Positions 24,005 to 39,223 of a stretch of 64,000 nucleotides of DNA are shown piece after piece. Below the pieces are notes generated by a model. The model was not told the DNA's origin and did no database searches. It was given only the letters and a program-made list of their open reading frames with translations. Within the stretch, counting starts at the first letter, position 1, and the number at the start of each line of letters is the position of its first letter. The translations under genes were made by a program, and so were the position numbers. The stretch is from Cetorhinus maximus (lineage: Eukaryota). Where the stretch lies: positions 1,302,001-1,366,000 of the forward strand of contig NC_135916.1 in assembly GCF_964194155.1 (NCBI RefSeq), given 5' to 3'.

Positions 24005-25280
24005 ACAAATCGACCCGACTCTATAACAAAACCCAAAGGCTCTTCTAAGAGCCGCCCACAACCTCACATTGAGAGCAGTGACCTTCGAGCGGGAGAGGGA
24101 AAGCGAGATGTAGTTTTATAAACACACAGCGTTTCTATCTGCGCATTTTCCATTAACAATATGATCGTGAGTCACACAAGTTTCATGGTTTAACTTAGTT
24201 CGGTTTTCAGGAATTCGCTTCCTTTATACCTGCCGAATCTCGATTCAAAGCTTGACTGAGGAACACGACAGCTCCCAAACTAACACCGAGTTCACAAGAT
24301 AAAGGCCATCATTTATTACACTTTGATCAGGAGTAACTATTTTGGGATCCATCATTCTCGCTTGTTCGCACTGTTTACACCCTGTCTTCTTTCTTCGCCA
24401 TCTGTTCCTGGGTCGTTGAGACAGGACAGGGTCTGGGAGGTACCAGAATACGAGCTTTAAATGGATCAGCCTGTATCGATGCAGCATGTTGTCTGGGTCC
24501 AGGAAGCACTGAACAGATTTATTCTGGCCTGTATCAGGGCGATCAATGAAATAACCCAAATTTAAGCGGGAATGTAAGGCGAATATTGAGAGGCTGATTG
24601 AAAAATATGACGACACTTAATCACCTCGATTCTGCAACCCAGGACGGACTGAAGGGTGAAGTGGAAGCTCTGATTTTGGTGCATGGTTTGCACTGCGAAG
24701 ATGCATTTACGCACATTGTGGAAGATAGTTCAAATATATAAACTTCGAGATAAACTTGATTTACAGAAAGGGTGCGCAATCCGCCCACCCACATCGCCTC
24801 CCCCAGCCATAAAACACTAGAAACAAGAGCCAAGCCATTCTCTCTATAACACCTATAGGGCTTTGACATGAATAAACCGATAACGTTGATCAGGTTTATA
24901 CGGGAGTCCAAAATTCCGCCCATCAATAGAAGTTTTAAACCAGCCTGCTGTAAACCGATCAGGGAATGAATGAGAATTTAGTCCGTGTTCGAAAGCAGGA
25001 AGTCGGAGCTGGGACCAAAATGGGGTTCGAAAACATAGAGACATTGTGATATTTGTCCATTCAGATTGATTTTATCTGCCTTCAAACTAGGTTTATTTTT
25101 ATGTCAGTTACACGTCCCTCTGAAATTGGCGGGCATTTTGAAATTGATGAACTGTCAGTTGCTGCTCCACCAATCAGGGCCCAGGAATCCAAGCAGCCCG
25201 CTGCTCTTTTCAAATTTCTGGGCGGGATTGCGCTGCATCCAATCAGGACAGGAGGGAGGTGACGGACATGTCTTAAATAG

Positions 25281-25748
<468 letters not shown>

Positions 25749-26280
25749 AAACCCGACCCCCCAGCACCAAGTGCAACAAAGGCTCTTTTAAGAGCCACAA
25801 AGTCGGTCAGAGAAAGAGCTGCGATCAATTGTTAAAAGACGCCACCTCTTCTGCATATAATTTTCATTAGGACTAAAACCCGGATTCAGCTCCCAATGCA
25901 ACAATTCAGCTCTGAAATATTTCATCCGGTTCCTCCCCTCTGCTGCATTTGGCGGATTTGAGGTGATTCCGTGAACAATTGTGTGTAATTTCACATTTAA
26001 TTGGAATTGGGATCAGTTAATTATTCGAAGAACATTTTCCTGAACATTGTCAATTGATCATATATAGATGCAGCACAGACTCCTGGTGTCTGGTACAGGC
26101 AACAGCACCAGCGTCTCGTTGTAACCAGCGCCTTCACAGATCGCATTAGAAATATAATGTCACTCCGAATCGATAGGGATGTTATCGCGCATCCGGATAG
26201 ACAACAGGTCGCCCCTTTCACTGATTAAGTGAGTGGCTCTGAAAAGAGCCTTTGGGTTCTCAGTTTAAAGAATGGTCGCT

Positions 26281-26724
<444 letters not shown>

Positions 26725-27398
26725 TCAGTTCTCTTATACTCTCAGGAGGAATGGTGGTGCCCTCAGAGCTGATTGGGCAATTATATTATAGCTCATAATA
26801 TTCTTCATGTTACCAATCAGATTTCTGCCTGACTCACCAATGCGGGCAAGCAACGTATGAAGTCGGAAGTTAAGGGCGCCAAATCATCAGTTAAACAAAC
26901 GATTATATATTTCAAATTTGAAATGACCGCCAAAAAATTAATCAAAGGAAATATCGCACAGAAATCATCTTAGCTATCAAAGGAAAATTCCTATACAAAT
27001 CGTGCCAATGCTTAACATTAAAGCAGTTCTGTTACAGAATGTTATAAGATTTCTCGCTCTCTTTTCCTCGATAACATTTTACCTGAAACTGTCAGTTTCT
27101 GGTTTTGCCTGTGGACAAGAGGACAATAAAGGCGCCAATTTACCAGAATCAAAACTTTTGTTTTTTACATGTTCGTGAGTGTCAAAAGCGGAGTGCACAT
27201 TTTTTGGCGTAAATTTGCCAGTATTGACACTGAGGCTTCCTACACCGCCAGGACTTATACGGAATGATTTAATCAAATCAGCTTTTATAATGCTGGGGAG
27301 GGATAGCATCTTTGAGGGGGTCAAAGATAGACTCTGTTTGATTACATTTATGCAACACGGCAGGGTCTATTCTGAAGCAGCAAGCATACATTGTATTC

Positions 27399-27936
27399 AC
27401 AGTTTTGGTCCCCTCGCTTGAGGAAGGATGTAGTTGCACTGGAGGCGGTTCGGGGGAGGTTCACTAGATTGATTCCAGAGATGCGAGGCTAGTCTAACGA
27501 GGAGAGGTTGAGCAGTTTAGGCCTATAGTCGCCCGAGTTTGGAAGGATGAGAGGAGATCTAATTGAGGTACATAAGATGCTAAATGGGATAGACAAAGTT
27601 GACATAGAGCGAATGTTTTCCCTCGTGGGGCATTCTAGAACGAAAGGCCATAGTTTTAGGCTAAGAGGTGGTAGATTTTAATCAGAGATTAGGAGGAATT
27701 CCTGTTCTCAAAGGGTCATGAACCTGTGGAATTCACTACCTCAGAACGCAATGGATGCCTGGATGCTGAATAAATTTGAGGATGAGGTGGACAGATTTTT
27801 AATTAGTAACGGGTTGAAAGGTTATGGGGAGAGGGAGGGAAATTTTCGTTGAGGCCAAAATGAGATCTTAAAGAATGGCAGGGCAGGATCGAGGGATTTA
27901 ATTGCCTACTCCTGCTCCTTGTTCTTATGTGTTTTA
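27399..27936 (+). mobile_element. CR1 LINE 3' fragment, specific to unit 2
   Basis: CR1 ORF2 end and 3' UTR; TGTATTC direct repeat at 27392 and 27937; empty site ~50668. Confidence 0.85.
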
Positions 27937-28329
27937 TGTATTCCAGACAAAAAATAAAAATAACAATTCTCTGCAGGCTATGTGATTCTGGGGTTAAGCC
28001 TACCAATCATTATCTGGTATTTAAATGTAGCTTTCATTCACTAACACTCTATGGTCAATAATAGAGTTTTTCTTCCTAAATTTAAATCCGAAATGTGTTT
28101 CTGTTTTTGTTTTTATCTCTGCAAAATTCAGTTTTAAGTCAGTGTGGATTTTACCTGGTGCATGTCAGTCCCTGGACATTATTTTATATTTCAGTCGACA
28201 TATGTTACTACAAATATCAGAGTATGTTTCTATTGTCATTTTATTTCCCACATTATCTGTCCAATCCTGCTATGGGTGTATGGAATACCTGCCTCTTCAT
28301 GATATATAAATGTGAACTTTAATCTGTAA

Positions 28330-29295
28330 TGGCAATTATTCCAAAACACATTAGGGAAAAAACAAGGAATGTCAGACCAATTGTCTATTATTACATAACA
28401 GGACACTTAGACAATATCAACGAAATTGGACAAAGACAGCATGCATTTATGAAAGGAAATCATGTTGGATAAATCTATTGCAGCTTTTTTGGAGAGGTAA
28501 CTAGCAAAATAGACAAGGGAGAACCAAATGATATGGTGCATTTGGATTTTCAGAAAGCTGTTGATAAAGCCCCACAAAAGACGTTAGTGTACTACATTGA
28601 AGTGCATTGGATGGGAGTAATAATATATGGGCATGGATTGAGAAAAGATTAGCAAACAGGAAACAGAGAACAGGAATAAATCAGTCTTTTTGAGATTGGC
28701 AGGAGGTGACAAGTGATGTTGCAAAGAGATCAGTGCCTGGGCCCCAGTATTCAGAATATACAACAATTATTTTGATGATGGAACCAAAGGTAATATTTCT
28801 AAGATTGCTGATGACACAAAGCTAGGAGGGAATGTGAGAGATGAGGAGGAAATTAAGAGTGTTCATGGAGATTGAGAGAAGATGCGAGAGTGGACAAAAA
28901 CAGGGCAGATGCTGTATAACGTGGATAGATGTGAATTTATCCACTTTGGCTGGTAAAAAAAGAATGGCAGAGTTTATTTAAATAGTGATAGGTTGGGTAA
29001 TTTTGATATATGAGGGTACCTCCGTGCAGCAAATGATCACCAGGTTGATTCAAGGGCTGGCAGGTTTGTTGCATGAGGAGAGATTGAACAGTTTCGGTCT
29101 GTATTCACTCAAATTTTGTAGAATGAAAGGGGGATGTATTTGAAATACTGACAGGGCTGGACAGACCTGGTGCAGGGATGATGTTTTTTCTGAGTGCGAA
29201 GCCTAGAACAAGTGTTCATAATCTCAGGATAGGGGGTAGGCCATTTAGGACTGTGATGAGCAGAAACCTCTTCACTCGGAGGGTGGTGAACATGT
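28330..29295 (+). mobile_element. Old degenerate CR1 RT fragment
   Basis: TTGGATTTTCAGAAAGC (LDFQKA) and GCTGATGACACAAAG (ADDTK); ortholog at ~51050-52030. Confidence 0.8.
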
Positions 29296-29596
29296 GATCA
29301 AGCTGCATTCATTTTGTTACCTCCAGTATCTTGTATTATATGTGAATGAATATATTTTCCCCTCTCTGTATCACTCAGTATCTGTGATTTTTGCATGAGT
29401 TGGATTAACTCTATATCTAATATGTTACGCTATCCACAAAAGTGGGATTTCATTTGAATGTCTCAACATCTGGAATTAGATGTGAAGTTCAAGTTGTTAT
29501 TCATATAGTCAATCAGTTTCTGTGATTCTGTATGTGACTGCGACTCAGTACTTGTCAGGTCTTGGTAAATGATTGCTAGTGTTAGCCTGTCGATTT

Positions 29597-30397
29597 GATT
29601 AATGCATTGAAGAAATAGATTTCACAAACATGCAAGGGATAAAAGTTAGGTAAAGACAAAATCTACACATGTACAATAATGGATTCATATACACAGAGCA
29701 CAAATTTGAGATACACAATCAGTGCAATAATTGAGATTTATGGAATTAATTCCAACACAGCTGACGGTCAGGAGGTAGACAATTAAATTTCATGTAAATT
29801 AATTCCAAAACTACATTCTGTACCAGAGAAAGACAAATGGGAAATTAGCCCTGCCCACTCCCACACAAACACGCACACAACCGCAGAATCATGCACTAAC
29901 ACAAACAGACACACATGCAAAGCATGTAGTTTTATAAAAACACAGCGTTTCCATCTGCGCATTCAACATTCACAAAACTATCGTGAGTCACACAAGTTTT
30001 CATGGTTTAATTTAGTTCGGTTTTCAGGAATTCACTTCCTTTCTACCTCTCGATGTTCGACTCCAAGCTTAGCTGACAGCTCCCAAACTAATACCGAGGT
30101 CACAAGATAAAGGCCATCATTTATTATAATATGATCAGGAGGAGCTATTTTGAGACGCATTATTCTCGCTTCTTCGCAATATTTTCACCCTGTCTTTTTT
30201 TCATTACAAACTGAATCAAACAGATATGACATACATAACATGAATTCCTGAGTCTCATTCACAAAGACTTTGCCGGAGTTGCAGACTGAAGGCTACACCT
30301 TAGTTCACACAAAACCAATGAATGAAACCTGTCTTTGATAAAAACAAAGTTTCATGTTTAAATGTGCATCAGAGCCGGGAAACAGTAATAGATTAAT
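29597..30397 (-). repeat. Inverted, permuted copy of spacer sequence with an embedded H4-downstream fragment
   Basis: 29600-29925 is the reverse complement of ~31910-32235; 29925-30200 is a direct copy of ~24108-24395; 30200-30397 is the reverse complement of ~32235-32435. Confidence 0.75.
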
Positions 30398-31606
30398 TTC
30401 TGGCAGAAAATCGTCGTTAAAGTTAACCCAGTCAGTTCCAAACGATTAAAAGATAGGCCTCCCTTATTGTACTATATCATATTTAATTGCAAGTACCACA
30501 CTCGCTTTTAAAATCAGGAATCCATTCGTGTTTAAACTCGGATCTTTTTGCAGTCCTAACAGCCGGCGGAATTTCACGTTTACCGAGTGCTGCTGTTAAG
30601 CAATATCGGCCTGGATGTACAAGTGTGATATTATTATAAAAATAATAAAATTAGATTATAATATTGTATCCAGATTGCAGGTTATTAATTCACTCCAATT
30701 TGAAGTGGTTCCGAATGAGTATTTATCTTGTTGCACGACTCGTGTTCGGTCTGCAGATGGAGCCAGGTAACAATAACTTGCACCTTATCGTTACTGAACA
30801 CATGTCGAGAAGCAACGGGCCTAATGCTGCTCTTGGAAAATGCCTAGCTAGCCCCCCGCCCCCCGTTAAAGAGGCAATGGCAGTGGCCAACTAATCGCCC
30901 TCCATACTGATCGGAACAAGCTGTTATATTCTGCACTTGCTGTTTTCTGCAATGGAATAGTGACTTTAGCTCTGAACCTCTCCGTCACTGCAATTGATTT
31001 ATGCATTTTATTCTATAGCTGTCAGGGCCTGGAAGTGACTGAGAGGTGGACTTTGCTTCTGCTGCCATCAGCTTTTGACAAGCTGCAAAAATGTCAGATT
31101 CATTCCGTGTGTATCAGTCTCTGGTGCTACAGACGAAAGGTGTTACCCTTCAGCACCTGTCAGTTTGTGGTACTGTGTATGACTGCAGGATTAATACACT
31201 AAATGTCATTTTTGTCAACCTTGCGGTGTAGAATTCATTTCGTTTCACAATGTTTGTTTAGGATTGGGAAATTGTGTATTTCATTATGTCCTCTCGCTAT
31301 CCGTGTACTGTGATCGAGTTAATTTTGCACTAAGCAGTACTCTTGTATTATAGGTGGATTTAATTGTACCTCTGTGTATCGCTAAGTATCTCTTATGTAC
31401 TCAAGAGTAGGATTAATTCTATGCCCTGGTGCAATCAGTGAGAGTGAATTCCATCTGAATCTGTCAATATCTGGAACTAAATGTGAGGTTCAAAGAGATA
31501 CTGATTGATTCAACAACTTTGAGTGAGAGTTGTTTTGTGTTCGTCAATCTGTGGCATGTTATGTGACTGTGGGTTTCCTCTGTGTCTTTTTGACTGTTTT
31601 TCCTTT

Positions 31607-31746
31607 NNNNNNNNNNNNNNNNNNNNNNNNNNNNNNNNNNNNNNNNNNNNNNNNNNNNNNNNNNNNNNNNNNNNNNNNNNNNNNNNNNNNNNNNNNNNNN
31701 NNNNNNNNNNNNNNNNNNNNNNNNNNNNNNNNNNNNNNNNNNNNNN
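31607..31746. other. Assembly gap (N run)
   Basis: N bases. Confidence 1.
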
Positions 31747-33319
31747 TGTGTGGCTCTATCTCTGCATTTAATTTTCTGCTACTCTGTTTGTGATTGGATT
31801 AATGCTTTGTTTGTTCTGGGTGTGCCTGTGTTTATATTTTTGTGTGCGTGTGTTTGTGTAAGTATGCAATAGATCTTGTGCGCATGTGTGTTTATGTTTG
31901 TGTGTGAGTTTGCTTTGCATGTGTGTCTGTGTGTGTTAGTGCATGAGTCTGCGAGTGTGTGAGTGTTTGTGTGGGAGTGTGCAGGAATCATTTCCCATTT
32001 GTCTTCGTCCAGTACAGGATGCAGTTTTGGAATTAATTTACATGAAATTTAATTGTCAATCCCGTGATCGTCACCTATTGTGGAATTAATTCCCTATATC
32101 TCAATGATTGTACCGATCGTGTATCTCAAATTTGTGCTCTGTGTATATTTTTCCTTTATTGTACATGTGTAGGTTCCTCCTGTACCCAATATGTATCCCA
32201 TGCATGTGTGTGAAAACTATTTCTTCAATTCCTTAATCTGTTACTGTTTCCCGGCTCTGTTGCAGATTTAGACATGAAACTTTGCATTTATCAAAGACCG
32301 GTTTTATTCATTTGTTTTGTTTGAACTAAGGTATAGCATTCAGGCTGCAACTCGGCAAAAACCTTTGTGAATGATAATGAGACCCTTGAAATTACATGCT
32401 TTGTATGTCATATCTGATTGATTCAGTTTGTAACGATTTTACGTTATGAATCATAGTGAGCATATTGACCTGGAACGTGTTGTGTATTCAGGCTGTACTA
32501 ATTAAAATTACACTTTCTCCTTATTTCAGATATGGCATGAGATCTTTTGAGGGGAATTTAACGTGCCCCCAGACTCTTGGTCTTTGGTACGGGCTGTTAT
32601 GTTTTAATTATCAACTTACATATTTTGATGCATTTTCACATGTGATTTTACTGTAGTTATCAACACCTGATCTCCCTGTACCCAATCTCTGCCTATTTTG
32701 AAAAGTCGGTATTGAAAAATATCATTTTATTCTGCACCTCTCCATCTCTGGTATGTGTCTGTGGCTTTTTAATGTGGGTGTCTGCCCCTGTTACCAGAAT
32801 CCAGCTTTCTTCTGTGTCTGTCAGTGCCCCCTATGAGAGTGGTGATACGTTATTGACTGTACTTGTCAATATCGGCTTTATGAGTGCGGCAGCGCCCCGA
32901 AGCCGAATTTCACACTGGGAATACATCAACGATCGTCCTGATTTATCTCTTTTTATTCGTTAGCAGCGGCCTCCTTCTGTGCAGAGATTAGTTCCCTGAT
33001 TTGCATGGACAGGATGGTCAATAAGCATCCAGTGCAACAGGCAGTTATCAAACTATGGTCAACTGCTTGTAATGCAGGTATGTTAATCCCTGTCTGACCA
33101 TCAGACTCTATCCTACGCTACACCATCTGCATGTAGGAACACATTACACTATAGAGTTTTGGAGTTTTGAATTTGATTTTGTCACTTCCCTGTTACATCA
33201 TCTAATTTAAATTGCTTCTGCTGCGTACGTATGTTGTTGCACGGCTCATCTTCTGTCAGGAGGTGGCAGCAGTTCACTATAACTTGGATCTGGCTCTTTC
33301 TGATCAAACATCTAGAAAA

Positions 33320-33745
33320 CAAGATCATGGCTGATTTCTTTGTGTTTCAGTCCCCATATTATCATCTACCCCCATAACCTTTGATTCCCTTGCCTATTAA
33401 AAATCTATCTACCTCTGCCTTAAAAGTTCTCAATGACCCTGCCTCCACTACCTTCTGAGGCAGAGATTTCCAAAGTCACACAGCCCTCTGAGAGAGAAAA
33501 AAATATCCTCACCCATGTCCAAAGAGGGCGATATCTAATTTAAAAACAGAGCCCCCTATTTGTGGAAACATCCTCTTGGTGTCCACAATTTCAAGGCCAT
33601 TTAGGATCTTGTATACATCAATCAATCACCCCTCACTCTACTGAGACCCAGTGGAAACAAGCACAGTCTGTCCAACCTTTTCTTATAAGACATCACACTC
33701 ATTCCAGGTATCTATCTAGTAAATCTCCTCTGAACCACCTCCAAT
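33320..33745 (-). mobile_element. Old CR1 3' fragment
   Basis: CCCCATAACCTTTGATTCCCTTGCC..AAAAATCTATCTACCTCTGCCTTAAAA is antisense to the CR1 ORF2 end. Confidence 0.7.
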
Positions 33746-33747
33746 TA

Positions 33748-34550
33748 GTGTGAAGTTATCCACATCAGTTGAAAAGACAGCATGGGAGAGTGTTATTTAA
33801 ATGGTGATAGACTGGGAAAGGTTGAAGTAAAAAGTGAGCTGGGTACCCATGCACAACAATCACTGAGAGCAAGCATGCAGGTGCAGGTAGCACTTAAGAA
33901 GGCAAATGATATGTTGGCCTTCATCATGACATGGTTGATTGCAGGAGCAAGGATGTCTAACTGCAGCTATACAGGGCCTTGGCAAGACCTCTCCTGGAGT
34001 ATTGTGTGCAGCTTTGGTCTCCTTGCCTAAGGGAGGATATATTTATCATAAGAGGAGTGCAGCGAACGTTCACCAGAGTGATTCCTGGGATGGCAGGATT
34101 GTCCTCTGAGGAGAGTTTGGGTCGAGTAGGCCTGTTTTCACTGGAGTTTAAAAGGATGAGTGGGGGTCTCAATGAAAGGTGTAACATTCTGACAGGGCTG
34201 GACAGATTGGGTGCAGGGATGATGATTCCTCTGGCTGGGGGTCTAGAACAAGGGGTCACATTCTCAGGATGCAGGGTAGATGGTTTAGGAAAGAGATGAG
34301 GAGAAACTTCTTCAATCAGAGGGTGGTAAACCTGTGCAATTCTCTATGATAGAAGAGTGTGAAAGGCAAGTCACTGAATATATTTAAGAGCGAAATGGAT
34401 TGATTTCAAGACTCCAAATGGACAAGGCTATGATGCCAGTGTGGTTGGATGGTGTTGAGATATAGGGTCAGCCATGATTGAATTGAATGGCAGCGCAGGC
34501 TCAACAGGGCAAATGACCTACTCCTGCTCCTATTTTCTCTCTTTCCATGC
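33748..34550 (+). mobile_element. CR1 3' fragment
   Basis: ORF RPLLEYCVQLWSPCL..GLFSLEFKRM; CR1 3' UTR. Confidence 0.88.
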
Positions 34551-35648
34551 CTGATATGTGATAATAGATTTCAGCTGTACCAGTTAGTTCATGTTTGGGA
34601 TGTGTGTATTTTGTTCTGTATTCATATCTCTGTCTTGCAAGTGGTATATTTTGCTGTGTTCCTGATAATTTCTGATGAGCTGAACGGTGGTTCTGTTTAG
34701 AATCTGTTGATTTCTGCTATGTGAATATGGGATTTCCTTTGTCCTTGTCAGTTTATGGCATGAAGGATTAAATCTGCAGCTAATGCAAATTCCAAATACT
34801 GTGGATATTGGAAATCTCAAGAAGAAAAGTCAAAAATGCTGGAAATACTGAGCAGCTCTGGCAAGATTTGTGGAGACAGAAACAAAATTGCCATTTGTTT
34901 GAAAACTCCGACCTGATGAAGGATCATTGACCTGAAATGTTCAGTCTCATTTTTTTCTCCAGAGATTCTCACAAACTTGCTGATTATTCCTCACATTTTC
35001 TTCGCTTTTCCCTCATGTATGTTATTTTCAGCAAGTGCATCTGGCAGTTTCTAATGCTTATGTTTGTCTTTCATTCTGACAGTTTGCAATAATTGAATGG
35101 AGATTTTGCTCTGTAACTCTCAGTTGTTTCTTTGTGCGTATCTGTGTTTTCTGTACCTGCCAGTTTCGAGTATGTGAGGATTTATTTGTACTGCAAATTT
35201 TATATTGTGCCAAATGGATGTGTATTCATTAGCTTCTCTGAGCTTACTGTGTTTTTTATTCTTTACCTGTCTGTGAACTGGGATTCTGCACTTTTCCCTG
35301 TTATTTACTCTTGTGTGACTGTATTTATCCCAACACACTTATAGTTCCTGCTGGCCTTTACTATGCATATGTCAGTCTCTGTAATGTGAGTGTAGCTATT
35401 ACTCTGCACTTGCTTGTGCCTGATTTGTGAGTATATGTTTGAGTATTTTTGCCTGCATCTTACATGGAATGTGTGTTTTACTATTAACTCTCATTTGCTA
35501 AAATGTGTGTATGTGGGTGGGCCTAATCCTGTACCTGTACCTCTGTGATATATCAGCATGATTGTATTTCCCCCCTAACATTTCAGGGTCATCTATGTGA
35601 TCATGAAAATTATTCTGTGTCCCTTAGTTTACTGTAAATAAGTTTCTC

Positions 35649-35650
<2 letters not shown>

Positions 35651-35688
<38 letters not shown>
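35651..35688. repeat. (TG)n microsatellite
   Basis: Directly visible. Confidence 0.95.
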
Positions 35689-35690
<2 letters not shown>

Positions 35691-38209
35691 TATTTGTGTC
35701 AGCAGGTGTGAATGTTTGTGAATATCTGCGTGACTGTGTATGTTGGATAGAAAGTGCAAGTTTGTTACTGTGTGCATGTATTTATGCATGTGTGTGTTTG
35801 TGCTTGTGTGTGTGTGAGGGCCTGTGTGTATGTTTGTGTGCATGTGTGTGATTTTGTGTGTGTGTGTTTTTGTGTATGTGTGCAACAGATGGTGTGCGCA
35901 TTTGTGTTTATGTATGTTTGTCTGTGTGTTAGTGCATGAGCCTGCGACTGTTTGTGTGGGAGTGTGCAGGGCTCATTTCCCATTTGTCTTTGTCTGGTAC
36001 AGGATGCAGTTTTGGAATCAATTTTAATGAAATTTAAGTGTCTACCCTGTGACCATCAGCTCTGTTGGAATTAATTCCCTAAATTTCAGTTATTGTACTG
36101 TTTGTGTATCTCAAACTTATGCTCTGTGTATATGACTCCATTATTGTACATGTGAAGGTTTCTCCTTTACTTAACATGTATCACATTCATGTTTCTGAAA
36201 ACTATTTCTCCAATGCATTCATCTATTACTGTTTCCAAGCTGTGTTGCAGATTTTAAAATGAAACTTTGCATTTATCAAAGACAGGTTTTATTCTTTTAT
36301 TTACTGAGAACTCAGGAATAGCATTCAGGCTGCAACTAGGCAAAAGTCTTTGTGAATGATAATGAGACGCTTGAACTCACATGCTGTGTATGTCATATCT
36401 GATTGATTCAGTGTGTAATGATCTTACGTTATGAATCATAGTGAGAATATTAAACCGGCATGTGTTGTGTATCCATGCCGTATTAATTAAAATTTCACTT
36501 TCACTTAATTTTAGATATAGTATGAGATCTTTGGAGGGGGATTCAATGTGTTCCTCTGTGAGAAACTAGGTACATTTTACAGATTAATTTGGTACGTTCC
36601 AGTCAGTGGTACTATCTGTAGCTAAGACTGCACTCTTCTGAAATGAATGATGTGCCTTTCAATCTGATAGTGTTTGTGGTTTTGGACTGAGATTGATGAA
36701 CCTACCTTTCTGCGGTGCTCAGTGAGTGTGAATTGGGAAGAAATATTCTGTTTCCCCATTTTTATTTAACTGTTGCGTTGAACACGTCTATCTTAAACTT
36801 GAGATCAATGTGAATCTGATTCCTGCTCTCAGTGATGGTGGAACTGCTGTTCTGTCTGTGCTCTTTGAACAATAATGTACCTATGTCAATTCGAAGCAGA
36901 GAGCTGCATGATTATTTTAGATGGGAAATCTGTAGCTTGGCGTTGGGGCTCAAGGAGAAATGATGGCCCAATGTTATATAATTTTGAGATTGCAGGTGTG
37001 TGTGTGACTGTGCATGTGTGTATGTATGTGCGTGTACATTTACCTGCCGGTCTTTAGTATGGGAGAAATTTATTTCTTGTCCACTATTTATATTCCGCTA
37101 TGTCAATGTGGGATCACACTGTATCTTTCACTTTTTAACATCTTACTATGGCGTTTATTTGTTTCCTGCCTGTGAATGGGGATTCCAAAATGCACCTAGT
37201 TATTTGCTGTTGTGTGACTGTGTGATTTGTATTATGAATGTTTGTAATTGATTCTGGGCTTCACTCTGGATCATTGACTCTCTTTAATGCATTTGTGGCT
37301 ATTACTCAGCACCTGCCTGTGCCTGATTTGTGAGTAAGCATCTTACTTTCACTGTTTCTGACATGTAATGCATATTTTTACTCATTGCCTCTTAGTTACA
37401 GGTATGTGGATTTGCATATTATGATCTGTATCTGCAATGCTGTGAAATGTCAGTGTGATTCATTTCCCTGTTCTTTGTGTCAGGATCAGATATGTGAGCA
37501 TGGAAAAATTTTGCTGAAACTCAGGTTATTTCAAATGAGTGAGAATTTAATCATTTGCTGTCAATCCCTGGTATGAGAAGGTATGGTCTAGTCTATGCCT
37601 ATCATATTCTTGTGTGTGAGTTATGTCTTTTCCCATGGTCTGCATGCACCTTGTAGGTCATTGTCGATTTTGCTGTGAACATGTCCGCCTGTATTACTTA
37701 AGCGTGATATTCACATTGTAGCTTTCAATTTAGTGTGTGAGCAAGGACCTCTCCCCACACTAACATCCCCCGCGCCACCCCCAGCTGTATCTCTTGGTCT
37801 TTCATACAGGCTGTTATGTTTTAATCAGCAGCTTATGGGTTTTGATGCATTTTCAGGTCTGATATTACTGTAGCTATCAACATCTGATTTCTCGGTACCC
37901 ATTCTCTTCCTATTTTGAAAAGTCTGTCATTGAAAAATTGATTATATTCAACACCTCTCTATCTCTTGTATGTGTCTGTGGTTTCATAATGTGTCTGCCC
38001 CTCTTACGGGAATGTAGCTGTATCTGTCAGTCCCTCCTATGAGAGTGGTGTTATGTTATTCACTGTACTTGTCAATATCTGCTTTGTGAGTTAAGTTTTA
38101 AAATTTCTTGTTTGTTGAGATCTGTTGATATAATTATTCTGAAAATATTGCTCAGGCATGTGATGTGTATTCACGGCTGTATTAATGAATAAGTACTTTA
38201 TCATTAACC

Positions 38210-38788
38210 GGGGGAGGTGATGGCGTAGCTGTATTGTCATTGCACTAATAATCTGGCCAGCCAGGGTAGTGCTTTGGGTTCGAACCCTGACACTGCAGAT
38301 GGTGTAATTTAAAATCAATAAAAATATGAATTGAATTAATGATCACTACGAAACCATTGTCGATTGTGGTAAAAACCCTTCTGGTTCACTAATACCCTTT
38401 AGAGAATGAAATTTGTCGTCAATGTACATGTGACTCAACACCCACACTTAAATGCCCTCTGAAATGGACTAGCTAGCCACTCAGTTGTAACAAATGGCTA
38501 CAAACAGATAATCGACAACAGTAATCTCAGCCCTGTTGATCCCATGGGACAAGGGATGAGAACACCACCACCTGGAAGTTCCCCTCCAGGTGCCTCACCA
38601 TTCTGACATGGAAATATGCTGCCATTGCTGGGTCAAAAATTTGGAACTCCATTCCTAACAGCACTGTGGGTGTACCGACACCACAGAGACTGCAGCGGCT
38701 CAAGAAAGCAACTCATAAACCAACTTCTCAAGGGCAACTAAATGCTGTCCCAGCCAGCAAAGCAAACGACTCAAGAATGAATAAAAAG
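38210..38788 (+). mobile_element. tRNA-derived SINE, ortholog of 14361-14985
   Basis: GGTTCGAACCC B box; same flanks and tail. Confidence 0.78.
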
Positions 38789-39223
38789 TATGATACTGTG
38801 TGGGATCTTTGGCGTTGTGTCTAGTGCGTTGCTTTATGAATGCTGGGGAATTTCAAGGATTAATTCAGTGAATTTTAATCAGCTTTATTACCTGATATTT
38901 AAATTGCAGCCAATGTTCCACTGTTGTGACATGCATGGAGTGAGTTTCAATTTGAAATTGGTTGTGAGTTTGGACTGAAATTGGTGGACCTGCCATTCAG
39001 AGGTACTAAGTAGGAGTGTATTGTGATTATTCCAAACACCTTCCCACCCTCGACCCCCTCTGAGTGTTTGACAATTGGATTCAGCATATGTATCTGTAAT
39101 GATATCAATTTGACTCTGACTATTTCTGTCCGTGGTGATGGTGGAAATGATGTTCGATCTGTATCTCTGCACTCTGTGAGTAATATCATACCTGCTGTCA
39201 GTAAGAATGAGATGGCTGCACTT

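Larger units (their letters stand above)
31110..39180. repeat. Degenerate ~40-bp array, unit 2, with internal block duplications and TE insertions
   Basis: CTGTAACTCTCAG 35111 vs CTGTACCTGCCAG 35151; units at 34608, 34648, 34689 and 34731; 31850-32560 duplicated at 35880-36545. Confidence 0.6.

Noticed and set aside
31607-31746. Gap hiding the missing H2B
   Set aside because: The flanks are colinear with unit 1 (~8705-8820) with little missing, and the stated gap is shorter than an H2B gene; the true gap size is unverified.
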